A stretch of DNA of 64,000 nt from Minisyncoccia bacterium (lineage in GTDB: Bacteria; Patescibacteriota; Minisyncoccia; Phycocordibacterales; PALSA-1337), in contig JBEKVT010000002.1 in NCBI GenBank assembly GCA_049997795.1, forward strand, positions 129,664 to 193,663. The letters are read 5' to 3'. Every line of letters begins with the position of its first letter. Position 1 is the first letter of the stretch. Below are positions 43,390 to 52,204 of this stretch, in pieces. Below the pieces are notes generated by a model, which was not told the origin of the DNA, ran no database searches, and saw nothing but the letters and a program-made list of their open reading frames with translations. The translations under genes and the position numbers were made by a program.

Positions 43390-44967
43390 ATGCCGGCCAA
43401 CATCCACCTGATCATTCACGACTCGATAGGTGTTTTGTCTACTCTGGTCGCCCTGAGTACGGCATTTTTCGTACTCAAGAGCGACCCCAAGAAGACCGTC
43501 AATATCACCCTGACCTTGACGAACCTGGCAGTGGCGGTCTTTTTGGTCCAAGACATCTGGGGCGCCAGCGTATCGGATCCGATATTGTCGACTAAGATCC
43601 TGATGTGGAACGTGAGCGTGATCTTCATCTGCATGTTCAACTTCCACTGCGTCATGGCGGCTCTGCACCGCGAGAAGGAGAAATGGCTGCTCATCTGGCT
43701 GGTCTATGCATTGGGCACAGCCTTCGTCGCCATGTTTCTCATCTTCCCGGACACTTTCATATTGCAGTCAGTGCCGAAGATGTACCTGCCGAACTATTAC
43801 GTTCCGGGGCAGTTCCATCTGGCGTTCCGGATCATATTCCAGGGCCTCCTCCCCTTCTATTTCATCTACGAACTGGTCAGGGCGTACCGCCATAACCTCG
43901 ATCCGATCGAAAGGAACAGATATTTCTATTTCGCCATCGCTTTCGCCATGGGCTGGGGGCTCGGCGTCATCCCGGACCTCTTGATCTACAACATCCCGGT
44001 GGATCCGATGTGGGGCCTCTTGTTCCCGATCGGCTATGTCATCCCCTTCACTTACGCGGTCCTCCGCTACGAGCTCCTGGACATCAGAGTGGTGGCCAAA
44101 AGGGCGTTCTTGTACGCCCTGGGCGTAGTCGGCGTCGGCCTCTTGATCGGCTTGTTCAACTTCCTGAGCCAGTTGCTCCAGAGCATGTATCCGGGATTCC
44201 CGATCTGGATCACGCCGCTCGTATCCGCCATCATCATCGTCTCGACCGCCCTCCTCGTCTGGCGGCAGCTCAAGGAGGCGGACATCCTGAAATACGAGTT
44301 CGTCACCACCGTGACCCATAAGTTCCGCACGCCCCTGACGCACATCAAATGGGCGGCCGAGAACCTGAAGAAGACGGGGATATCCGAAGACCAGAAGAAT
44401 CAGGTGGACTACATCGAGAGCGCCAACGTCAAGCTGGTGGAATTGACCGACCTCCTGGCCAATGCCTCCGACAGCGACGAGAACGTCTACCAGTACACTC
44501 TGAGGCGCCATGATTTCTCGGCCTTCGTCGAGGAGGTCGTAAACGCGGCCATGGAACATATGAACGCCAAGAAGATCCTGCTCGTCAAGGAGATCTCCCC
44601 GGACGTGTACGCCTCTTTCGACGTCGCTCGTCTCCGGTTCGTGCTCCAGACGTTCCTCGAGAACGCCGTCAACTACACGCCGGAGGGCGGCACGGTCACG
44701 GTCATCGTTTCCAATCGCGGCAGGAGCGCCGTCTGCTCCGTCAAGGACACTGGGCTCGGCATGTCGAAGAGCGAGCTGCCCCTCATCTTCACTAAGCTGT
44801 ATCGCGGGGCGAGAGCGCGCTCGGTCGACACCGAGGGCATGGGCATAGGCCTGTTCATCTCGAAAGGGATCATGAACAGGCACCACGGCAGGATCTGGGT
44901 CGAGTCGGAAGGAGAGAATAAAGGATCCGTCTTCAGCTTCTCTCTGCCGCTCACAAGGCCGACGTAA
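43390..44967 (+). CDS. Sensor histidine kinase with an N-terminal 7-TM receptor module
   Basis: About 7 TM helices, then H-box 'VTHKFRTPLTHI', N-box and G-boxes 'DTGLGM' and 'GMGIGL'. Confidence 0.8.
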   Translation: MPANIHLIIHDSIGVLSTLVALSTAFFVLKSDPKKTVNITLTLTNLAVAVFLVQDIWGASVSDPILSTKILMWNVSVIFICMFNFHCVMAALHREKEKWLLIWLVYALGTAFVAMFLIFPDTFILQSVPKMYLPNYYVPGQFHLAFRIIFQGLLPFYFIYELVRAYRHNLDPIERNRYFYFAIAFAMGWGLGVIPDLLIYNIPVDPMWGLLFPIGYVIPFTYAVLRYELLDIRVVAKRAFLYALGVVGVGLLIGLFNFLSQLLQSMYPGFPIWITPLVSAIIIVSTALLVWRQLKEADILKYEFVTTVTHKFRTPLTHIKWAAENLKKTGISEDQKNQVDYIESANVKLVELTDLLANASDSDENVYQYTLRRHDFSAFVEEVVNAAMEHMNAKKILLVKEISPDVYASFDVARLRFVLQTFLENAVNYTPEGGTVTVIVSNRGRSAVCSVKDTGLGMSKSELPLIFTKLYRGARARSVDTEGMGIGLFISKGIMNRHHGRIWVESEGENKGSVFSFSLPLTRPT

Positions 44968-44992
44968 GCGGGCAGATTTCGATCTTTCGTTG

Positions 44993-45063
44993 TGCGAGAT
45001 GCGGGAATCGAACCCGCGCCGCATGCTTGGGAAGCACGCGTTCTGCCACTAAACTAATCTCGC
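44993..45063 (-). tRNA. tRNA-Gly (anticodon CCC)
   Basis: Reverse-strand fold. Acceptor GCGAGAT/ATCTCGC. Anticodon loop TTCCCAA. T-arm GCGGG-TTCGATT-CCCGC. Confidence 0.7.
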
Positions 45064-45106
45064 CTAAGGATCTCCCCCTCTCCGGCGCTGCCCGGTTAGA
45101 ATAGTA

Positions 45107-45520
45107 CTATCGAAGCCCTATCGCCCGCAACAGCCTCTGCCACCAGCCGAGAGCTTGGATGGGCGCGGTGGAAGAGGAAAGCTGATCCGAAGACGGAACA
45201 GCCGCGGTCTGGCTCGTGCCGCTATCGACGATGACGGCCACCGACTCGCCTGGCTCCGCCGCATGGTATTTCTCCCTCATAGCCGTTTCGACGCCGGCGG
45301 AGGTGGACAGGCCGGCCACCTTGGCCGCCAGATCCGCCCGATCGGCTTCCACCCTAGCCAGCTCGGACCTGGCCTGATCGAGGCGGACAGCGCTTTCGGC
45401 GGCCTTCCCGTATATGCCCCAGGCGGCTCGCGCCAGGAAGCCGAAGGCTATCGCCGCCGCAGCGAGCACGAACGGAGAGGAGATGAAAGCTTTGCGCCTG
45501 AAACGGTTGCGGGACTTCAT
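45107..45520 (-). CDS. Septum formation initiator family protein (FtsB/DivIC-like)
   Basis: N-terminal TM followed by the coiled-coil 'LDQARSELARVEADRADLAAKV'. Confidence 0.55.
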   Translation of the reverse strand: MKSRNRFRRKAFISSPFVLAAAAIAFGFLARAAWGIYGKAAESAVRLDQARSELARVEADRADLAAKVAGLSTSAGVETAMREKYHAAEPGESVAVIVDSGTSQTAAVPSSDQLSSSTAPIQALGWWQRLLRAIGLR

Positions 45521-45654
45521 GCCTCACAGTATACTACATGCATCATGTTATTCCATGAAAGGACCAGGAGAGCGGCCGGCATCGGCTTCATCGTAGTCTC
45601 CATATTGGTCATAATCAGCATGCTCCTCCTCTACTTCCCGGTGTGGCGGTAAGA

Positions 45655-45768
45655 GGCGAAGGAGGACATACCCCGAAAGAACTCCACTTTCGAAAGATTC
45701 AAGGCTGAAGAAGAACATTCCTAGGCAGGCTCCCGCTGGGAATGTTCTTTCGGGGCATTCCTCCTTCG
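45655..45768. repeat. Long imperfect palindrome (~28-nt arms) with a nested inner hairpin
   Basis: 'GGCGAAGGAGGACATACCCCGAAAGAAC' ... 'GTTCTTTCGGGGCATTCCTCCTTCGCC'. Inner hairpin 'GAACATTCC...GGAATGTTC'. Confidence 0.5.
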
Positions 45769-45774
45769 CCCCCC

Positions 45775-47568
45775 TCACTCCCCCGCCCGCATCATCTTGA
45801 CGAAGACATCCTGAGGGATGGTGACGGAGCCGTGCTCCTTCAAGCGCTTGCGACCCTCCTTCTGCTTCTCGCGGAGCTTCATCTTGCGGGTGATGTCGCC
45901 TCCGGAGAGCCCGCCGGCAGCGTCTTTCTTCTTGCCCGAGACCGTGCGCGAGGCGATGATGCGGCCCAAGGCCTTGGATTGGATCTTATAAGTGAAGAGC
46001 TCGCGCGGCATGATGGCGCGGAGGCGCTCCACGGCCGACTCGGCCTCTTCGGCGACCCTCCGGCGCGAGACGACCCGGGCGAAGGCCGGCACCGGAGTGT
46101 CCGCGACCAGGATATCCATGCGGACCACGTCGGCCGGACGATTTTCGGTAATATCGTAGGAGATCGAAGCGTAGCCGGACGAAAGGCTCTTCGTCTCGTC
46201 GAAGAAGTTCCTCATGAGCTCGCGCAAAGGCATGACGAGGGTGAGCATGGTCCGGTTGTCGCCGAAGGTGTCGGTGGCCTTGATATCCCCTTCGTGGTCA
46301 TAGATGGACTTCATCAGGCCTCCCAGATACTGAGGCGGCGTGATGATCTTCATGGTGACTATGGGCTCGGAGACCGATTTCAATTCGTGATCATCCGGGA
46401 ACAGGGACGGCGAGTAGACGTTCGACTTCTTGCCGTCCTTCGATTCCACGGAATAAGTGATGGTCGGGGTGGTCACGACGAGCTCAAGGCCGAATTCCCG
46501 GCGCAGGCGCTCGGTCGCAATCTCGAGGTGGAGCATGCCGAGGAAGCCGCATCGGTAGCCCTTGCCCAAGGTGCCGGAGGCCTCTTCTTCATAGCTGAAA
46601 GCTGAGTCGGACAGACGCAAGCGACCGAGGGCCTGGCGGAGAAGCGATAGGTCATCCTGCGATTCAGGGTATAGCGAAGCCCAGACGACCGGATAAGGGC
46701 TCTGGTATCCAGGAAGAGGCGGCAGTCGGTCTTTTTCTGAAGCGACAGTGTCTCCGACGGAGGCGATGCCGGGTTCCTTGACGCCGGTCACGATATAGCC
46801 GATCTCCCCCGCCCCGAGCGACTCTGTCGGAGTATCGTCGGGCTTGAAGACACCGACCTCGATGGCCTCGAATGCCCTGCCGGCTACCTTGAAGGCGAGC
46901 TTATCGTGCTTCTTCACATAGCCGGACATGACGCGCACATAGACGATGACGCCTGTGTGGTTAGAATATTGGAAATCGAAGACTAGAGATCTGAAAACTC
47001 CTGCGTTCTCCGTTTTAGGCGGCGGCACTCTTCTCACGATCTCGCTCAAAAGGTGCTCCACGCCTTCGCCGGTCTTGCCGGAAACCCTCAAAACATCGCC
47101 GGCCGGACAGTTGAGAAGCTGGCTGACTTCATGGACAGCTTCATCTATTTTAGCCAGCGGAGAATCTATCTTGGATACGACGGGGATGATAACGAGCCCG
47201 GCCTGGCGGGCCATATTGAGGGTCGTCAAGGTCTGGGCCTGGACCCCTTGAGTGGCATCGACGAGAAGGATCGAGCCTTCGACGGCGCCGAGCGAGCGCG
47301 AGACTTCATAGGAAAAATCGATGTGACCGGGAGTGTCGATCAAGTTCAAGACGTAATCCTGGCCGCCGGACTTATACTCCATGCGGACCGGCTGCATCTT
47401 GATGGTGATCCCCCGTTCCCTTTCGAGCTCCATCGAGTCCAGGACTTGTTCCTGCATCTTGCGCTTCTCGATAGTGCCCGTGAGCTCGAGCAGACGGTCG
47501 GCCAGGGTCGATTTGCCGTGGTCGATGTGGGCGATGATGGAGAAATTGCGGATATGGCGCGGATCCAT
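45775..47568 (-). CDS. lepA: Elongation factor 4 (LepA)
   Basis: 'IRNFSIIAHIDHGKSTLADR'. G-domain and the LepA-specific C-terminus. 597 aa. Confidence 0.95.
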   Translation of the reverse strand: MDPRHIRNFSIIAHIDHGKSTLADRLLELTGTIEKRKMQEQVLDSMELERERGITIKMQPVRMEYKSGGQDYVLNLIDTPGHIDFSYEVSRSLGAVEGSILLVDATQGVQAQTLTTLNMARQAGLVIIPVVSKIDSPLAKIDEAVHEVSQLLNCPAGDVLRVSGKTGEGVEHLLSEIVRRVPPPKTENAGVFRSLVFDFQYSNHTGVIVYVRVMSGYVKKHDKLAFKVAGRAFEAIEVGVFKPDDTPTESLGAGEIGYIVTGVKEPGIASVGDTVASEKDRLPPLPGYQSPYPVVWASLYPESQDDLSLLRQALGRLRLSDSAFSYEEEASGTLGKGYRCGFLGMLHLEIATERLRREFGLELVVTTPTITYSVESKDGKKSNVYSPSLFPDDHELKSVSEPIVTMKIITPPQYLGGLMKSIYDHEGDIKATDTFGDNRTMLTLVMPLRELMRNFFDETKSLSSGYASISYDITENRPADVVRMDILVADTPVPAFARVVSRRRVAEEAESAVERLRAIMPRELFTYKIQSKALGRIIASRTVSGKKKDAAGGLSGGDITRKMKLREKQKEGRKRLKEHGSVTIPQDVFVKMMRAGE

Positions 47569-47644
47569 AAGGAACCAACTATAACAGATAAAAACTGTTT
47601 TACAAAAGATCGGGCCGCCGACATGGCGGCCGCTTTATCCTCGG

Positions 47645-49324
47645 TCACAAGTGCTCCACTTCGGCCGGCGGCACGGCGGCTTTCCAGATCTTGCGATGGA
47701 AGGCGGCCCAGACCTCGGAGAGCTCCCTGTTCTGGAGGATGATGAGAGTGATGACGAACACTACCAGGCCGATCACGCCCGACAAGAAACCCTGCATGAA
47801 GACGCCCCAGACTTTGGTGAGCGGGAAGACGGCAGCGAAGATCCGGAGCGACAGGTACGAGGCGTAACCCATGATGACCGAGGCGGCGAAGCTGTGGAAG
47901 ATGGTCGAGAAGACCGGCTTGGTGAAGCCGGGGTAGGAACGTTCGAAGGTCACCCAGTGCAGGATGGTGTTCAGGATAACGCCAAGGGTGTAGGCCAGGG
48001 CCAGGATGAGCACGCTGCCGCCGGTCTGGCCGCTGGTCTTCAGGAGATCTTCCAGGAAATAATGGAAGAATGGCATGGTGAAGTAGACCTTCCAGAAGAT
48101 GAAGGCCAGGACGACGATGGAGACAGCGGAGATGGCGTTGATCATCAAGGGCTTGGCCGTCTTGCCTTCGGCGTAGAAGCCGCGGACGAAGAGCACTATG
48201 AGGCTCTGGCCGACGGTCGAGACGATGAAAAGAGCCAGCATGGCGGCGGTCAGCCGAGTGTCGGTCCAGTCGAATTTGCCGGCGCCGAGGACCGTCCTAA
48301 CGATCTGGGCGCGCAGGACGATGAATAAGACCGTAAGCGGCATAGACCAGAAGATGATGTGCCTGGCCGAAGCGATCATCTTCTCCAGGAATTCCTTGAT
48401 GTTCTTGTCGTAATAGAGGCGCGAGAGGGTCGGGAAGACGGCCGACGAGTAGCTCGCTCCGATCAAAGAGAGGGGCACGGACTGCAGATTGAAGGCGAAG
48501 TTGAAGATGGAGATCGAGCCGGAGGCCATGAGCGAAGCCATGGATACCAAGACGAAAGAGGCCAGCTGATTGGCCGAGAGGGTGAGGGTGCGCGGGAAGG
48601 ACGTGAGGATGATGCGCCTGATGTTCGGCCAGTCTATCTTCATGGTGAAGCGCGGCAGGAGCTTCTCGGCCGCCATGAACGGGATCTGGATGCCCATGTG
48701 AAGGAACGCGCCTAAGGCGACGCCCAGGGCGAGACCGGAGACGCCCATGAAGGGATAGAAGAGGAGCACTCCGGCGATGATGCCGGCGTTGTAGACGACC
48801 GGACTCGCGGCATAGACCAAGAAGCGGTGGCGCATCTGGGTCAAGCTGGAGAAGAGGTTCGAAAGGCCGAGGAAGAACGGCGACAGGAGCATGATGCGCA
48901 TGGAGAAGATTAGGGCCGGCAGGGACGGATCACGGGCGAAGCCGGGGATCAATACCGGGATGAGGTATGGCGCGAGGACGAAGGCGACGGCGCTCGCTGC
49001 CACGATCAAGGCGAAGAAGACGGTGAAGATGGAGTCGGAAAAGCCCATGCCCTCTTCCCGGCTCCGGCCGAAACGATCGATGAAATAAGGCAAGAGGATG
49101 GAGGCCGAGACCAGGGAGCCTATCGAAGCGAAGATGAAGTCGGGGATGCGGAAAGCCGCGTAGTAGATGTCCAGAGTGTGCCCGGCACCGAAAGAGAAGG
49201 CCAGGAGCTTGTCGCGGACGAGAGCGAGGATGAGGGAGATCAGGGCGAAGAGCGCCAAGAGATAAGCGGCCTCATGCAGGCCGCGGATCTCCCTGCCTAT
49301 CAGCGTGAACCATCGCTTGACCAT
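47645..49324 (-). CDS. murJ: Lipid II flippase MurJ (MviN)
   Basis: 14-TM MOP-superfamily architecture. The 'DIYYAAFRIPDFIFASIGS' N-terminus is typical of MurJ. Confidence 0.85.
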   Translation of the reverse strand: MVKRWFTLIGREIRGLHEAAYLLALFALISLILALVRDKLLAFSFGAGHTLDIYYAAFRIPDFIFASIGSLVSASILLPYFIDRFGRSREEGMGFSDSIFTVFFALIVAASAVAFVLAPYLIPVLIPGFARDPSLPALIFSMRIMLLSPFFLGLSNLFSSLTQMRHRFLVYAASPVVYNAGIIAGVLLFYPFMGVSGLALGVALGAFLHMGIQIPFMAAEKLLPRFTMKIDWPNIRRIILTSFPRTLTLSANQLASFVLVSMASLMASGSISIFNFAFNLQSVPLSLIGASYSSAVFPTLSRLYYDKNIKEFLEKMIASARHIIFWSMPLTVLFIVLRAQIVRTVLGAGKFDWTDTRLTAAMLALFIVSTVGQSLIVLFVRGFYAEGKTAKPLMINAISAVSIVVLAFIFWKVYFTMPFFHYFLEDLLKTSGQTGGSVLILALAYTLGVILNTILHWVTFERSYPGFTKPVFSTIFHSFAASVIMGYASYLSLRIFAAVFPLTKVWGVFMQGFLSGVIGLVVFVITLIILQNRELSEVWAAFHRKIWKAAVPPAEVEHL

Positions 49325-51718
49325 TTACTTGCCCGGCGAGGCCTGCGGCGCCTGCTTCGCCGCCGCGCCATTTCCCGGGAGGGCGGCGGCCGGCAACGGC
49401 TTGCCAGCTCGGAGGGTCGAGAGGATGGCGGCGACTTCGGCGTTGCCCGGGTCTGCCTGGGCTAGCCGGCTAAAGATGTCGATGGCCTCGGCCGTCTTGC
49501 CGAGACGAGCGTCAGAGAGGCCTAGGAGATATGGGGCGCTGGCATAACCGGGGCTAAGCGACTCTATCTTGCTGAAATTCGATGCGGCGGAAGCGTAATC
49601 TCCCTTGACGTATTGGAAGAGGCCGAGGCGGAAGAGAGCCAGGGGGTTTTGGGGAGTCAGGTTCACGGCGAATTGGGCGGCCGAGATGGCCTCGGGAAGG
49701 CTCCCTTTGGAGGACTCGACCTGCGCCAAAAGGAAGATGGCGTCGAAATAGTCGCTCTTCACCGCCAGGGCGTCGCCTATCGTCTGGATGGCCTCGTCGT
49801 ACTGCTTATTCACCGCCTGGAGCCTCGCGAGACTGAGATAGATCGACGGGTTGCCGGGGTTCTCCCTGATGGCGTTGGCATAAGCTGTGACGGCCGTCTC
49901 AGGGCCGTTCGTCATGCCGATAGCCGTCGCCATTTCCGCCACTCTGGCTTCCGAGATGTAATTGTAATAGTTGTCCGGATCGGCGGAGACGGCGGCGAGA
50001 GCGTATCCCAGGCCTTGGTTGACCACGCTCGCGGCCGACTTCACCACTATTTGCGATGTCGAGGCGGTAGACGTCGACGTCAGAGTGCCGACGAGCTCCC
50101 TCGACAGGGCGATGGCCGCCTCGGCGCGCGCCTGCCAATAGATGTCCGTGGGATTCAGGGCGAGGGCGGCGCGGAAGCTGTCATCGGCCATGATCGGGTC
50201 GTTGTCCGCGGTGAGCTCCTTGACGCCCCGGCCGAAATAGGCCAAGGCCTCGGCGCTCCTCAAGAAGACGATCCCCCAGGCGCCGGCGACGACCATGCAG
50301 ACGACCGTCGTGGCCGTAAAGACGCGGCCTCCCGGCTTCATGACGAGATCGAGCGGGCGGAGATGGCCGTAAGCCGCCGAAGCCCCGAGCCATACGCCGG
50401 TCAAGACGAAGGCGGAGTAGAGGACGGCATGCGGCGGCACGTATATGAGGGCCACGAGCCATAGGAAGGCCGCGCCGAAGTACGAAGAGACGACGATGAA
50501 GCCCGCGCACGATCTTTCCGGCTCCGGAGCCGCGCCCCCGCCTTCCGGCGAACGGAGAAGGCTGCGGAGAGACCAGAAGCCGAGCAAGCCGAAGAGCAGG
50601 AGGAACATGGCCCAGACGGCGCCTCCGAACAATCCCTGGGTCACGATGGCGGTCGGCAAGAAGCCGAAGCCGTAATTGAACTCGACGCCCCAGGCATCGG
50701 TCTGATTTATAGCCGAAGGCTTATGATCCAGGAAGGCCTGGATGAAGCGGTTAGGCCCGATGCCGAAGATCGGAGAATCGTTGAGCTCTCCGGCAGTGAC
50801 ATCGAGCGAGAGGCGCCACGGCAGCGAGAATTCGGAATAACCGAGGTTCAATCTGGTGATGACAGGACCGGCCAGAGAGACGCCGTTCCAAATGAAAATC
50901 GAGCAGATGATGGCGGCAGCGAGAGGCAGCCAGGCGATGCGCCGGAGGATAGACGCGCGGGGGCCAGGCGATCGCGGCTTGCCGAGGGACAGGCATACGG
51001 CAAGCGCCAAGAAAGCGACGGCGGCGGCTTCCCAGACTTGGACGCTGTTGATGATATAAGCGAGGATGGCTGACAAGGCGAGCGCGACGTAGCACAGCGC
51101 CTTTTGCCTGGACGCAAGGGACAGGAGCGCCAGAGCGGAGATGGCGAAGATGGCCACGACCGCGGCATACATGGCCAGAGCGTACCAACTGCCGGCGACG
51201 GTCACCGTCGCCGCTTGCAGGACGCCGAACGAAGCGAAGCCGGGTCCGAAGACAAGACGGAGGAAGTGGAAGACGTACAGGACAGCGAACGAGCCGACGA
51301 GGCCGGCGTAAAGGATGACGGCGCGCCCGGCGCTCCTTGCCACGGCGCGATAAGCGACCAGGCCGGCGACGCAAAGGAGCAGGATGAAGCTGCCGGTGCC
51401 GAGCTCGAATCCCTGGCCGAAGAACGATTTGGCGAAATGACCGCTTAGAGCCGACGAGGCGAGGGTGGAGACGGCGAGGAGAGCGCCGACGTAGATCATG
51501 CTCTTGGGCGGCAGGCGGACTTCCCTCTCCTGGAAGGCCGCAACCGAGAAGAGCGCGGCCGAGATCAGGGTCCCGACGGCGATGACGACGGTCTTCGCGG
51601 TCTCCAGAGCGACGTACTGGCTCGGCCAGAAGGCGAGCGGGGCGAGGATGACGGTGGCAAGGAGGACGTAAAAAGCGGCGGATTCCAGACGGGCCGAACG
51701 CGAGGCGGGTGATGGCAT
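49325..51718 (-). CDS. O-antigen ligase (Wzy_C)-like polytopic membrane protein with C-terminal TPR repeats
   Basis: About 12 TM helices. The C-terminal ~300 aa hold TPR-like repeats ('AIALSRELVG...AYANAIRENPGN...ALAVKSDYFDAIFLLAQ...'). Confidence 0.7.
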   Translation of the reverse strand: MPSPASRSARLESAAFYVLLATVILAPLAFWPSQYVALETAKTVVIAVGTLISAALFSVAAFQEREVRLPPKSMIYVGALLAVSTLASSALSGHFAKSFFGQGFELGTGSFILLLCVAGLVAYRAVARSAGRAVILYAGLVGSFAVLYVFHFLRLVFGPGFASFGVLQAATVTVAGSWYALAMYAAVVAIFAISALALLSLASRQKALCYVALALSAILAYIINSVQVWEAAAVAFLALAVCLSLGKPRSPGPRASILRRIAWLPLAAAIICSIFIWNGVSLAGPVITRLNLGYSEFSLPWRLSLDVTAGELNDSPIFGIGPNRFIQAFLDHKPSAINQTDAWGVEFNYGFGFLPTAIVTQGLFGGAVWAMFLLLFGLLGFWSLRSLLRSPEGGGAAPEPERSCAGFIVVSSYFGAAFLWLVALIYVPPHAVLYSAFVLTGVWLGASAAYGHLRPLDLVMKPGGRVFTATTVVCMVVAGAWGIVFLRSAEALAYFGRGVKELTADNDPIMADDSFRAALALNPTDIYWQARAEAAIALSRELVGTLTSTSTASTSQIVVKSAASVVNQGLGYALAAVSADPDNYYNYISEARVAEMATAIGMTNGPETAVTAYANAIRENPGNPSIYLSLARLQAVNKQYDEAIQTIGDALAVKSDYFDAIFLLAQVESSKGSLPEAISAAQFAVNLTPQNPLALFRLGLFQYVKGDYASAASNFSKIESLSPGYASAPYLLGLSDARLGKTAEAIDIFSRLAQADPGNAEVAAILSTLRAGKPLPAAALPGNGAAAKQAPQASPGK

Positions 51719-51782
51719 AAGGGTATTATATCAAGCCTTGCCTTATATGGACAAGCGCCCTGTTGAGGGGCGCTCGTCCGTG

Positions 51783-52114
51783 GGCGTCGCACATAAGCCG
51801 AATTCTGTTTGGACAACCATATCTCTAGGATGCGCGTCGCCGCGCATCTCAAGCGGTTCTCCGCCTGCCTTGCGGCAGACGGCACGACCTTGCACCGAGG
51901 TAAGGATTTGGCCGTTGCACCCCTCAAGTTTCCATGAGGGCTGATCCCGAAGGATCCGCCAGCCGTTTCCGGCCGGCGCGTCTCTGTTCGCACCTCTCGG
52001 ATCACCCGGACGGGCGTTACCCGCTACCCTGCTGCTCCCGCCTTGCGGCGCGGCCGGTGTTCGGACTTTCCTCACGCGGACGCGAGGCCCGCGCGCGGTT
52101 GTCTGTGCGACTGA
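51783..52114 (-). ncRNA. rnpB: RNase P RNA, bacterial type A
   Basis: The minus strand carries the universally conserved blocks 'GAGGAAAGUCCG', 'CAGGGUAGCGGGUAACGCCCGUCCGGG', 'GGUGCGAACAGAGACGCG', 'GGCCAAAUCC' and 'ACAGAAUUCGGCUUAUG'. P1 pairs as 'AGUCGCACA / UGUGCGACG'. The ends are approximate (+/-10 nt). Confidence 0.75.
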
Positions 52115-52144
52115 AAGTCACCATACCACTCTTCAGGCTCTTTT

Positions 52145-52185
52145 ACAAGAAAATAAAAGAACCGCCCACGAAGAACGGTTTCCTT
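52145..52185 (-). terminator. Rho-independent terminator downstream of the RNR gene
   Basis: The minus strand reads 'AACCGttcttcgtgggCGGTT' then CTTTTATTTTCTT. Confidence 0.5.
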
Positions 52186-52204
52186 CCATCGATCTCTGGA
52201 TCTC

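Noticed and set aside
45548-45778. 76-aa minus-strand ORF between the ftsB-like gene and lepA.
   Set aside because: It lies entirely within the long palindrome. It is low-complexity and acidic, and it has no start context. It is probably non-coding.
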